Part shown: positions 50,233 through 62,908 of the stretch, piece by piece
Layout: the number at the start of each line of letters is the position of its first letter
How positions within the stretch are numbered: position 1 is the stretch's first letter
Notes under the pieces: model-generated
Told to the model about the DNA's origin: nothing
Database searches by the model: none
Seen by the model: the letters and a program-made list of their open reading frames with translations, nothing else
From: Eledone cirrhosa
Taxonomy: Eukaryota
DNA length: 64,000 nt
Direction: 5' to 3'
Assembly: GCA_964016885.1 (NCBI GenBank)
Contig: OZ024742.1
Location: forward strand, 363,444,001 to 363,508,000
Translations under genes and position numbers: made by a program

Positions 50233-51243
50233 GTTTTGTTTTATCTTTCGACTTCTTAAACTTTTCCTTATTCTTTTCTATATCATATATGACTAGCGTT
50301 TGTAGAGTGTCTCCATACTCACTTCATACCCGTGACAGTAGGTGGCTTAGTGGTCAGGGTAGTGATATTATAATATTTAGTTTGTGAGAACGATTCCCTG
50401 AGTGGTACAATCCATTCAGGGTTAGAAACATTTCCCGTCTCCCCATGGCATGTTTCGTCCCAAGGCTATAGTGACTGGTACTTACCCCTGATACGACACC
50501 GTGGGATAGAACACCGGATTTAATGAATTTGACCTACACTCCCTGATAAGTGAATCATGCTGCGCACATTTCGTATAGGTTTACTTGTTATGATTTATGA
50601 TTGGTTAAAAAATAAACATAAATGACAGACAATCTGGCCTGTATCTTACATGAAAACTGCATTATCCCTACCATCTGGAAATAATGCATATCGGGGGCAA
50701 CATGTAGCAGGCTGTTTCTATTAGAGTCTCAGCAATTAATATATATATATAAGCCGATGCGTTGTTCACTTTCTCCTTCTACCAGGAGTTGCGACCGATA
50801 TATAGTATTAGCAATTGGAAAGACCCGGCCCGATTTGACGAAAGTCGATCGATAAAAAAAAATATATATATATATACATTTAAATTAACGAGGTATCGTT
50901 TAAGGCAATCCCAGTACAGGTTATGAGTACTCTGTATCGAGGGTATTTCTAACGTTCGGAGTTGTTTGACTCTACGAGATGTTTACTTAGTTGTGGTGTT
51001 CGGGTGGCCGATTACAAACAGTTCCTTGGTAAGCTGTTCCTGGAATGTTAATAATGAAGGAGTAAAGAATAACACTGATCGCCTATACAGTAGGGTTTAT
51101 TCCAGCTATTAACAAATGTTTCATTGGTCCGGTGTAAAAAAACGCAACCTGTATTTGTTTCGTTCGATAATAACAATGGAATAGAGTCACATAATACGAA
51201 TTTATGACGAGGCATATAATAGTGAAGTTTATGTATGTATATT

Positions 51244-51305
<62 letters not shown>

Positions 51306-51306
51306 A

Positions 51307-51354
<48 letters not shown>

Positions 51355-51496
51355 CTATAACTAAGTGTGGTCACCAGTTAAAAGGATATGGAATCTAAGA
51401 AGTCTCATTAAACATAAACGCGACATCACTAACAAATAAATATATCAAACACAGGAGTTCTGTGTTCCTGAATAAACATTTTACAGTCTTTATATT

Positions 51497-52291
51497 GCAG
51501 GGTTGTTTAGATAGACAGGTGAGCTATGATATAATAGGACATAGCTGGGTTATTTAGAGAGACAGGTGAGCTATGATATAATAGGACATAGCTGGGTTAT
51601 TTAGAGAGACAGGTGGGATATGATATAATAGGACATAGCAGGTTATTTAGAGAGACAGATGAGCTATGATATAATAGGACATAGCAGGTTATTTAGAGAG
51701 ACAGGTGAGCTATGATATAATATGACATAGAAGGATATTTAGAGAGACGGTTGAGCTATGATATAATAGGACATAGCAGGGTTGTTTAGAGAGACAGATG
51801 AGCTATGTTATAATAGGACATAGAAGGATATTTAAAGAGATGGGACAGCTATAATATAATATGACATAGCAGGGTTATTTAGAGAGACAAGTGAGCTATG
51901 ATATAATAGGACATAAAATGATATTTAGAGAGAGAGGTGAGCTATGATATAATATGACATAGCAGGGTTATTTAAAGAGACAAGTGAGCTATGATATAAT
52001 AGGATATAGAAGGATATTTAGAGAGACAGTTGAGCTATGATATAATAGGACATAGCAGAGTTGTTTAGAGAGACAGGTGAGCTATGGTATAATAGGACAT
52101 AGCAGGCTTATTTAGATAGACGGTTGAGCTATGATATAATAGGACATAGCTGGGTTATTTCGAGAGACAGGTGAGCTATGATATACTAGGACATAGCAGG
52201 GTTATTTAGAGAGGCAGGTGAGCTATGATATAATAGGAAATAGCAGGTTATTTAGAGAGACAGGTGAGCTATGATATAATAGGACATAGCA
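51497..52291. repeat. 46/47-bp minisatellite, about 17 copies
   Basis: Unit AGCAGGGTTATTTAGAGAGACAGGTGAGCTATGATATAATAGGACAT. Confidence 0.95.
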
Positions 52292-52897
52292 GATTAGGAA
52301 AAGAAATGGATGACTGGATGTTGAGAAAAATATGTGCCACGATAGGGATTTATAATCACACGCCTGAATACATATATATATATATATATATACATACATA
52401 CATACATATATACATATATACATATATACATATATACATACATACATATATAGAAGAACTTGAACCCTTGATAAGATTGTAATAGGATCAATATACAATC
52501 CATAGTTGTAACTACTGATAAACATTTACTAAAATATAACCAATGTAATGGAAAGGAAAACCTTGATATTAATACTCTCAACACATGCACATTTGAACAT
52601 TAGCGGAACAATTATCACATTACATACACCATAAACTTCATAGAAACTGCTTTTCATACCCACGCATCTGTGTCTGCTTAATATGCTTTTATACCTGTAT
52701 TGTATTATGTGATACCTTTGCCATATTGTGATATATATGCTTATTACTATTCCTTGTTTCTTACCTGGTTATTCTGTACATTCCTAACACATCTGCACTC
52801 TTTAAATATGACACTGATAATGACAACACTAAAATCTATGTATCTTTACAATTATTCTGTGGAATAGGAGGTTAATTATATGTCTAAACTTTGCTAG

Positions 52898-52944
52898 TGC
52901 TCCGATGATTCCAAACGAAAGTTTCGAAGAAACGATTGTCAGCA
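52898..52944 (+). ncRNA. Hammerhead (family E, U4C core)
   Basis: TGCT-CCGATGA-TTCCAAAC-GAAA-GTTTCGAA-GAAA-CGATTG-TC-AGCA. Confidence 0.72.
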
Positions 52945-52992
52945 ATAACATTTTTTGAACATAGTTTTGATTATTCTGTAATTTATATATAT

Positions 52993-53023
<31 letters not shown>

Positions 53024-53206
53024 AATATATATAAAATAAAGTTAAATAAAAGTCAAATGATTAAAATTTAGCTTCGTAAGTGACAGCCAACCAACCTGCG
53101 CACTTCGTCGAGTGCTCCAGCCTGCATACTGAGGTGTTGGTATACAACCAACATAAACTCAAAATCTATAAATATATATTTATATATATTTATTTATTTA
53201 TTTATA

Positions 53207-55017
53207 AGTAAAGAGATATTTAATTTGTTGGTTATTCAACAAATATATTTATAACAGATTCGAAGCACTCTACAGCATTCTGGAATATAATATCAATGAA
53301 TGTAAGGTTATAACTGATACCAATTCCTTTACCTATTTCGGTTCCACCTCCACCTCCTTCAAAGCTAGATTTTATAATCACTATTCGTCTTTTAGATACC
53401 AACTTAAAAGAACTAACACGGCACTCTCGGAACTCATATGGTCCTTGAAAAACAAAAATATTAACTATAACATCTCTTGGAGGAAGTTTTGTTCTGCCTT
53501 TCCTTACTTGAATTCTTCCCTATCCAGAACATGTAATCTCTGCCTAGCCGAGAAATTTACCATTATATCTAATTTCAATTCTATAATAAATAGACGCACG
53601 GCTTTATTTTCTCTCTGCTTCCATAAATTCCACAGAACATTCCATAAAGTATACAGCTAATATCTAATACCTTACTAGTTTAAAATCCTTTTTCTCAAAG
53701 GCTTATATATCTTTTGAAAATATACCCATCTTTCTACCTTATTTCAATATTATTTATTATATATTATATAATACAATTTACTCATTCTATATCATTCCTC
53801 TTTATCATTTTCTTTTCTTCCTTTTTTCTTTTTAATTTCTAACCTCTAATCTGTATCTTTTCTTCCTAACTACCTCTCAATTCTTATTATTACTCACCAC
53901 AACATTATCCATTCTTCCATCTTTCCTCATGTCATTGGCCATAAACATTTTTTTAATACATTATAGTATTACCATTAGAAGTCCTTCGTAAACATATAAT
54001 TTTTTGACGTTAGATTTTTTCTTCCTTAAATTTTTTTTATCTCCTCCATCCTTTCATGCTCGTTTTAAACTAAAACTTAATTTGACTTTTACATATTACA
54101 ATACATAAAAACAAACTTAAACCCTAACTAATTTCTTTTAATATATTATATTATTACCATTAGAAAATATTTCGTAAACATATATACTTTTTCATGTTAG
54201 ATATTTTCTTCCTTAAACATTCTTTTCTTCTTTTCCTTCCGCGCTCATTTTTAAACAAACTATTTACGTACACATATTACATTACATAAAAACAAGCTTA
54301 AACCCTAACTAATTCCTCTAAATTTCTAACTCATTCATTCTTCTCCTTCTTTTCACATTATATCCTTAATAACATTAATATTTTTATTTTAATAATACAT
54401 ATTAATACATTCTTTTCCTCGCACATATTATTAAACCCATCAATATACAAACCTTAATTTAATACTATTCTTTATTCCTTTTTCTTCATGTATAAACCTC
54501 ATTAACTTTTAATTTCAAAATCTTTTAAATTATCTATTATCTTCCAACGGCTTTTTAATTTCTCTCTGTGAGACAATATATATTTTGTTCTCAGTTGTAA
54601 AGGCTATCTCTCTCTCTCTATCACCCATCTCTCCTCCTCTCTCATCCTTCCATCTTATACTTCACCCCACCATTCTTTACTCTCATCTCTTCCTCGTCCT
54701 TACCTTTTCCACCCCCACCCCCTCACTTTTCCCAATCGCATACATCAATCTTAATTTATTTTTCATATGTTGATTTAAAACTTCACTCTTCACAAGTGTT
54801 TTTAAGCTTCATATTATGTCTCCCTATTTTATCTGATGAGAACGCAGATGTCATCCCATGATGATATTTGTTTTTGAAATGCGCATAATAAAATACTTGG
54901 AACTATTTTAACCATCTTTTGATCTTATATTATTTATACTCCAGTCCTACAAAATGTAGAGTGCTACTTATCCGATTTTGCATTGCTTTATTGTGCTACA
55001 ATAAAACTCACCTCCTA

Positions 55018-55020
<3 letters not shown>
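53207..55020 (+). mobile_element. 3' fragment of a PLE related to 30107 (GIY-YIG C-half, 3' UTR of about 1.2 kb, HHR pLTR)
   Basis: TYFGST..FKARFYNH..TALSELIWSLK..ISW..CNLCLAEK; HHR at 54825. Confidence 0.8.
54825..54895 (+). ncRNA. pLTR hammerhead (family L)
   Basis: TATTTTAT-CTGATGA-GAACGCAGATGTCATC-CCAT-GATGATATTTGTTTTT-GAAA-TGCGCA-TA-ATAAAATA; 8-bp stem I; palindrome ATGCGCAT. Confidence 0.9.
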
Positions 55021-55102
<82 letters not shown>

Positions 55103-55106
<4 letters not shown>

Positions 55107-55542
55107 CAAAAGGGATATTTAATTTGTTGGTAATTCAACAAATATAAATGTTTATAACTGATTCAGAGCACTCGACAAGTTTTCTGAAGTATAATACTCA
55201 ATGATATTAAATAAATGGAAACTATATTTATGAAACCATATATATTCTATTATATATATTTCAAGGGTACCAAAACTTTGGTACGCTTTCAGCAGATAAA
55301 ATACAAAGTTTGTTTTATAAATTTTGACATAACCAAGAAAAGATACATTAACGGTTCAAATTTTCCTTGGGTAGTCAAGTAAAACTTGAACCGTTGAGGT
55401 ATCTTTTCTTGGTTATGTCAAAATTTATAAAACAAACTTTGTATTTTATCTGATGAAAGCATACCAAAGTTTTGGTACCCTTGAAATATATATAATAGAA
55501 TAAATATGGTTTTATTAATATAGTTTCCATTTATATAATATA

Positions 55543-55545
<3 letters not shown>
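55103..55545. repeat. Head-to-head fold-back of the family-J pLTR, arms about 150 bp
   Basis: About 55205-55359 is the reverse complement of about 55386-55540; both match 33425-33590. Confidence 0.88.
55442..55502 (+). ncRNA. Hammerhead (family J); the inverted copy at 55243-55303 has core CTGCTGA
   Basis: TATTTTAT-CTGATGA-AAGCATACCAAA-GT-TTTGGTACCCTT-GAAA-TATATATA-ATAGAATA. Confidence 0.82.
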
Positions 55546-55620
<75 letters not shown>

Positions 55621-55704
55621 AAAGGTAAACAGAAATAACAACACAATCGGTACCGTATATGGAAGGTATATATTAGGTTAACGCTTGATATAGCAGGAAG
55701 AGGG

Positions 55705-55740
55705 TCTTAACGTTTCGGACGCTAATCCTACATCAGAAGA
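55705..55740 (-). ncRNA. Hammerhead (family M) with one core deviation
   Basis: Reverse complement TCTT-CTGATGT-A-GGA-TTAGCG-TCC-GAAA-CG-TT-AAGA; palindrome ACGT. Confidence 0.55.
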
Positions 55741-55778
55741 AACAATGGGAAATAAAAGAGATTAAGGGGATGGGCGGG

Positions 55779-55842
<64 letters not shown>

Positions 55843-56459
55843 TACTCGGGGATCTCATATATATATATATATTGAGCGCATAAGGCCTTCCATATGTACA
55901 TGAGTAGTTATGACACACTCCAATTAATGCCATACTCAAATGCACATCGCGTGACTACCTGCAACTGACTCTATGCCACTAACGACACACACAGTTTCAC
56001 ACCATCCACTATATTTTAAAACTATACATTGTGTCATTGACCAAAAGCGTTTGAAAATAGAACTCACGTCGTAGTAACCGACGGAGGTCCAACAAACTGC
56101 GGTTGCTACCGTCGAAGAATATATATGTTGTTGAATTGTTATTAATTAAATAAACCACAATTCACATCTGTTGATGCGAATTCATATAATTGTCATGTGA
56201 AGAGCATCGTTTTCTCATTTATCATAAGTGATTCGTAAATCTCTCATCGTATGTCACAAATATATCCATTACAAATCAGTTAAAATGTCTGGATTTCTAA
56301 AATATTCTATACATATTCAGACAAGAAAGATGCATAGCAAATCCTGTAAAGTCACGGTTATGTTGAATAATTGCGCTTCACACATCACTGACACCAGTTT
56401 ATAATTCACTGCGAATTATTTAATTTAGTAGATAAGTAAGATGAAGTTAATGTGAAAAA

Positions 56460-56620
56460 TGAATTGTTAGAAGGTCGGATAGAATGTTTTGTGGTATTTG
56501 TAACGTCTTTCTGTCTTCCCTTGGAAGTTAAACTGCCTTTCATCCTTCCGGGGTTGATAAAAATGTATCGGTCAATGCTGGGATCGATCAGTTCCCCCCA
56601 TATACCTTTCAAATTTGATC
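56460..56620 (+). mobile_element. Degenerate SINE fragment
   Basis: GCCTTTCATCCTTCCGGGGTTGATAAAA..TGCTGGGATCGAT resembles a conserved invertebrate SINE central domain (recognition from memory only). Confidence 0.45.
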
Positions 56621-56762
56621 TTTACCCATTTCTGTCTTACACTGGAACAGAACGACTGTTCTTAGACTACATCCACAAGCATACACACACATATATATAT
56701 TTATTAAAATAACAGATTTTATCCTTATCTATTTGGATTTTAGTCTTCACATTTATTATTAT

Positions 56763-56809
<47 letters not shown>

Positions 56810-57042
56810 TATGTATTTTTTACACGTAGGAATACATACTTTATTTGATCTCCCCCTAAGGTAGAGAGTCCGTTTGGACTGCTGCTATTTCTAGTGGCAA
56901 AACATTGACCCGTCCACCCTGCCTTGCACACGGCACCAGATAGAATGATTTCTTTCATCATTCGCTCTCATTTCGGAATGGTTTTGTATGGCGTCAGTTT
57001 GTGATTTGAACTCGGGAATTTTATATTCTCCGAGGGAGAAGA

Positions 57043-57125
57043 GCCTTCTGAAGATTGCTCCCTTCTTAATGAAAAATCCGCTTGGATTTTCCGTTTATTC
57101 TGGAGCATGAAACCGCGGTAAAGGC
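57043..57125 (+). ncRNA. Hammerhead (family N), copy 1, with extended stem II
   Basis: GCCTT-CTGAAGA-T-TGCTCC..AAAATCC-GCTT-GGATTTT..GGAGCA-T-GAAA-CCGCGG-TA-AAGGC. Confidence 0.87.
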
Positions 57126-57529
57126 ACATATAGTAAGTACTATGAATTTTTTAATTTATTTTAAAACCTTTTCTCTCTTTGATAGACCTTGATTTTATAT
57201 GTTCTGGCTTGTTAATTTATTAACCCGCCATAGAACCACATTGGCATACGGTTGAATAATTCTTGTTTCCCTATATGTATTTTTTACACGTAGGAATTCA
57301 TATTTTATTATTATTGAATTCCCCCTAAGGTATAGACAAATATTTTGGCCGTTTGGACTCATGCTATTTATAGTGGCAGGACATTGACCTGTCCACCCTG
57401 CCTTTTGTCTTTGCACACGGCATAAGACAGAATTATTTCTTTCATCATTCGCTCTCATTTCGGAATGGTTTTGTATGGCGTCAGTTTGTGATTTGAACTC
57501 GGGAATTTTATATTCTCCGAGGGAGAACA

Positions 57530-57611
57530 GCCTTCTGAAGATTGGTCCCTTTTCAATGGAAATCCGCTTGGATTTTCCGAGTATTCTGGAGCATGAAACC
57601 GCGGTAAAGGC
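57530..57611 (+). ncRNA. Hammerhead (family N), copy 2
   Basis: Same architecture as copy 1; core, stem I and palindrome ACCGCGGT are conserved. Confidence 0.85.
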
Positions 57612-57695
57612 ACATATAGTAAGTACTGCGAATTTTTTAAAATCTATTTTAAAACTTTTTCTCTATTTGATAGACGTTGATTTTATATATATATA

Positions 57696-57765
<70 letters not shown>

Positions 57766-57775
57766 CATATATTGT

Positions 57776-57843
57776 TTGTACTTTCGCTCTTATAGTCTAG
57801 TTATTTGAAGATATCTCACTACAACAAGGTTAAATCCCCGTCG

Positions 57844-57895
<52 letters not shown>

Positions 57896-58014
57896 ACTCA
57901 CTTTCTCTCTCGCTTTGTCTTTTTATCTCGCACCCTCTCGAGAATCGACGAAGATTTAACCTTGTTATAGTGAGATATATTCAAATAACTAGACTATAAG
58001 AGCGAAAGTACAAA
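57776..58014. repeat. Fold-back with about 75-bp arms around a (CT)n spacer
   Basis: TGTACTTTCGCTCTTATAGTCTAGTTATTTGAA..CGTCGATTCTC and its reverse complement. Confidence 0.85.
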
Positions 58015-58516
58015 AAATGAGAAGAAATGAATTAAAATATAATTAAAAATTAAATAATAATAATGTTTCCTCTAATTATTTTTTATTCTTTGATTCTTCC
58101 CAATAACTAGGAAATGTATCTTTTGTAGGATATAACTGAACCTGCATAGCTGTAGTCTAATGATTGGAACCAGTAAAAGATACGTCACTTGAACAGTGAG
58201 GTAGAGAATATGAAGCAAAGCAAATAACGTTAAAGGAACATGAAATATAAGACTGACGTCTTATTATTACGCTGACTATCCTCTATGTAAACTATGTTTC
58301 TAGAAATGAATTTAATATTTATTTGAAATTTCTGAAGGATGAAAGCAACAACAGTGTAGCTATCAGTTAAAGTATTGCAGTTAATGTACCCTAGTGATCG
58401 ATATGGTGGGAAATACCTGGCAATCCCAATCTGTCATAAATTCTAGAATTCAACATGTCTGACATGTATTTCTGTATACACACTCACACACATGCACACA
58501 CGCACACACAAATATG

Positions 58517-58607
<91 letters not shown>

Positions 58608-58876
58608 AATTTGCCACCGACGCAGTAGGCAGTGATTTTTTCAATGGCTAGGAATTCAGTCCACGCTTTGCTATTTTCTATCCACTGAATTATTTTTGTA
58701 TAAGTTTCCAGAGTCCACGCTTTGCCTGGATACTTAGCTGAGAATAGACTTCCCTGACGACGAAATGATTCTCTATATTTTCTTTGGAAAGTATATTTAT
58801 TCCATTTCAGAAACTAATTAGTTGGGAGTGAAATTTTAGTAAGTTAATTTTATAATTTTCTTATTTTACGTCTCTC

Positions 58877-59001
<125 letters not shown>

Positions 59002-59236
59002 TGTGTGTATAATATGAAACGAAAAATCAGTGATGCATCTGAACTCAATTTATTGTGTGTTACAATTGTTTCGCCGGCGGACAGCTCGAGACGCGATCAT
59101 TGTGTGGATCTGTTTGATTCTGGACCCGCAGGTTCGACGGACACGTCTAATGATTTCGGAGCATATACTCTGCTCTGTAAGAGCATAGACTGCTCAACCG
59201 CCATACCGACTATGGAAGCATCTTAGCTACCATCCG

Positions 59237-59268
<32 letters not shown>

Positions 59269-59455
59269 GTATAATAATAATAATGATACTATTTATAGTT
59301 ATGTATACACTATACAACTATAAACAGGAACGGTCAGTAATTTATTACTACCTTATTACCAGTAATAAAAATAGCTCAATGCAAATACATCAGATTTTTT
59401 AGAGAGCAGGAATATAAATTTCACAATGATCAAAGTTATGTTCAAATCATTTTAT

Positions 59456-59502
59456 TGCTGACAATCGTTTCTTCCAAACTTTCGTTTGGGGTCATCGGAG
59501 CA
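59456..59502 (-). ncRNA. Hammerhead (family E, U4C core)
   Basis: Reverse complement TGCT-CCGATGA-CC-CCAAAC-GAAA-GTTTGG-AA-GAAA-CGATTG-TC-AGCA. Confidence 0.72.
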
Positions 59503-60178
59503 CTAGCAATGTTTGTACATATAGTAAACCTATTCAACTGAACAATCATATAGATACATGGATATTAATGCTGTCAACAACAGTTTCGTATTTACAAAGT
59601 GGAATGGATGTGACATATATTACAAGACAATTGTACAATAATTAAAAGTAAAAATCACAGAGTGGAATGCATGAGACAGATATCACAAGGGAATAGTATA
59701 ATAATTAAAGAGCATTAAGGAGAAAAGTTACTCGTAAAACGAGGACACCAGCACTACGTATGCAAGCGTGTAGAGAGTGCAAATGCGTTAGGCGTATATA
59801 GGAAGGAGACAAGCAATGCTTCTAGGCATATATAATTACTGTATGGCAAATATATCACATAAAATAACATATGTTTACAAGCCTAACAAGCAGGCAAAGG
59901 TGTTTGTGTATTAAAATTACGAGTTTATGGTGGATGTAATGCGATGATTGTTTCTGTAATGTTCAAATGTGTATGTGTTGAGAGTATCAATGTTGTTGCT
60001 ATCTTTTCCATTACATTGGTTATATGTTATTTTAGTGAATGTTTTTAGTTAGTTACAGCTATGGATTTTATATTAATCCTATTATATTGTTATCCTTGGT
60101 TCGAGTTGTACTATAGCGATTCATCTAACGGTTTAATTTCCGGAATAGGAGGTTAACTATATGTACATACATTGCTAG

Positions 60179-60225
60179 TGCTCCGATGACTTCAAACGAA
60201 AGATTGGAAGAAAGGATTGTCAGCA
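60179..60225 (+). ncRNA. Hammerhead (family E, U4C core); head-to-head with 59456
   Basis: TGCT-CCGATGA-CTTCAAAC-GAAA-GATTGGAA-GAAA-GGATTG-TC-AGCA; stems partly decayed. Confidence 0.62.
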
Positions 60226-60307
60226 ATAAAATGATTTGAACATAATTTGATTATTGTGTAATTTATAATTTATATTTATATATACATATATATATATATA
60301 TTTCAAT

Positions 60308-60387
<80 letters not shown>

Positions 60388-60469
60388 CTTTGATAACTTT
60401 GATAGGTTTCGGCCAGTATTGGCCCAGGCCATGTCTATCTTAATAGCACCACCTGGCGAAGTCTTACAA

Positions 60470-60905
60470 ATCAGTGTTTGGGCACCATGGCCCACTCGAG
60501 CAGAGAGTTATTGTTTACGGAGGCATATCCGGGTGTAGGGGGCTTATCCGGGATTTCTTGAAGGAATTTATCCAAATACTTCTTGAACTTGATGGGGTCT
60601 GTTTCTGCTTTGATGTGTCTTGGTGTATTGTTAAAGGGTGCAGGGCCAATTGAGGTGAAATAATTGTGCCGTATTGTTGTTATGTGATGCGAGTGGGATT
60701 TTTGTCGTGGGCGGATAGCACGGGGCCCAACCTTGGGTGTACACTGAAGGTGATGCCAACATCATTTGGGCAAAGCTGATGGGATATTTTCCACATCATA
60801 CAGATAATGTAGCGTTCACGGCGACGTTGAAAAGAATAAAGTTTGAGCTTTTCTAATCGACCCCAATAGTCAAGGCCTGTCATGCCATCTATCTTTTTTG
60901 TAATT
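60470..60905 (-). mobile_element. CR1/L2-like LINE 3' fragment
   Basis: LDYWGRLEKLKLYSFQRRRERYIICMMWKI matches the CR1/L2 C-terminal Y.eRL..L.L.SL..RR.R pattern. Confidence 0.7.
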
Positions 60906-60979
60906 ATATATATATATATAAGCAGAAAGGATATTGAATTTTTGTTGGTAATTCAACAAATATAAATGTTTATAACTTA

Positions 60980-61054
<75 letters not shown>

Positions 61055-61102
61055 AATAAAGTTAAATAAAAGTCAAATGATTAAAACTTAGCTTCGTTTA
61101 TT

Positions 61103-61157
61103 ACTGCTATATATATTTCAGTGACAGCCATCTTTGGCTGTGACCTCTTCAGGCAGT
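61103..61157 (-). ncRNA. Hammerhead (family A), second copy
   Basis: Reads as the reverse complement of 5197-5251. Confidence 0.85.
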
Positions 61158-61467
61158 TTGAAGAATTAGTATGGTATAGACCAGTACATATGTTGTTTAT
61201 GTGTATGATATTGTCAATACTCTCGTATATATATATATATACTCCCATATATATATATATATACTCCCATGTACGTCAATACTCATCTTTTTCCATTTCT
61301 CCGAGGGTTCTTAACCCCACTATCAGGCTAAATAATTTCTTTAATTTCTTTAGTTAAAATACGGCGATAGCTTACATTTATAATAATTTCAAACCGGCTC
61401 GCTGTTTCGAAAATATTAGTACTTGATATATATATATATATACATATGAATGTATGTATAGTATATT

Positions 61468-61600
61468 CGCAATATACTGTATGTTTGATTAAAAACATTT
61501 AGAAGACCTTACTGAAAAGAAGTAAGTGACATAGTCAATTCTTTAAAACTGATAGCGAATGGTCTTTCTAATGTTTTTAATTAAACATACGGTATATTGC
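61468..61600. repeat. Imperfect hairpin with about 40-bp arms
   Basis: GCAATATACTGTATGTTTGATTAAAAACATT versus AATGTTTTTAATTAAACATACGGTATATTGC. Confidence 0.75.
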
Positions 61601-61653
61601 CAAATATACTATATATATATGCATGTATACATCGCTATTTCAGAGCATCAATC

Positions 61654-61703
<50 letters not shown>

Positions 61704-61704
<1 letters not shown>

Positions 61705-62587
61705 CCGAGGTTTGTCAGAAAAGTTCCGGGACTGATGTCACAATATATTTATTTCAAACCCAAACTTCACACTAAGAATTTTCTCCTTCAAATTAATCCC
61801 CCTGGAGTATGTAACTGTAATCTTAGCTCTCTGCAGCAATCACATTTTATTCTTCATAATTTTATATACATGTCCTCTGTTTCAGGTCGTCAAGCAATGA
61901 GCACAGAGCAACGAACAAACTTGAAGTTTCTGGTACGGTTGGGGAAAACTCCGTCAGAAGCACTGGGATTGCTGCAGCAAGTGTATGGAGATGAGACGAT
62001 GTCACGCTCACGTGTTTTTGAGTGGTGCAAGTTGACCCCAGAAGCGGAAGGCCCTCAACAACCAGGACTGAGGTCAACGTTGAGCGCGTCAGGCAGATGG
62101 TGCGTAGCGATCGTCGGCTGACTGTTCGACTGATGGCAAATGAGCTGAATCGGGACAGCGTCTGGAAGATTCTCACTGAAGATTTGGACATGCGGAAAGT
62201 TTGCGCGAAGATGGTGCCAAAACTGCTCAACGATGACCAGAAGGGTCGATGTATGCAAGTATGCCAAGATGTCCTCGAGTGTCTTGAAACCGAACCAGAC
62301 TTGCTAGGGACAGTCATCGCCGGTGATGAGTCATGGATCTTCGAGTAACACCCGGAGGGGACCCGTTTTGAAGACGTGGACGACATCAAAAAGGCCGTGA
62401 CGACGAAACTGAGGAGGATCCCGGAAGAATCCTTCCAGGAGTGCATGCAAGCGTGTCAGAAAATGATGGAAATGTGCATTAGACTCCATGGGGATTACCT
62501 TGAAGGAGAAAACTCTTAGTGTGAAATTTGGGTTTGAAATAAATCTTTTGTGACATCAGTCCTGGAACCTTTCTGACACACCTCGTA
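61704..62587 (+). mobile_element. Internally deleted mariner (Tc1/mariner) with TIRs of about 105 bp
   Basis: HTH QRTNLKFLVRLGKTPSEA..VYGDETMSRSRVFEW, RSGRPST, KVCAKMVPKLL and GDESW (first catalytic D); termini (T)CCGAGG..CCTCGTA in a TA context. Confidence 0.92.
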
Positions 62588-62655
62588 TATAAATCATTTC
62601 TATCTGATATATATATATATATCAGATAGAAATGACTTCTATAGGACAAGGTCTG

Positions 62656-62702
62656 TTTCACCTGATGATTTAAACGAATGAAATAGTTCTTGTAATGTGG
62701 AA
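62656..62702 (+). ncRNA. Hammerhead-like motif (family H-like)
   Basis: TTTCAC-CTGATGA-TTTAAACGAAT-GAAA-TAGTTCTTG-TA-ATGTGGAA; stem II resembles 28951; stem I is imperfect. Confidence 0.5.
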
Positions 62703-62844
62703 ACTATTTCCATCTGAAATATATCATGTACTTCTCTAATGATATTGTGTACTTCATTCAACTGCTTTCCGTAACACTGCATATTCTATCATTACTTCAA
62801 TACATTCTAATATACATGTATGTGTGTGTGTGTGGGGTGCGCGC

Positions 62845-62908
<64 letters not shown>

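Larger units (their letters stand above)
56808..57685 (+). mobile_element. Retrozyme-like 1.8-mer: two direct repeats of about 390-410 bp, each with an HHR, and a unique spacer of about 75 bp
   Basis: 56808-57197 resembles 57272-57684; bounded by (TA)n. Confidence 0.85.
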
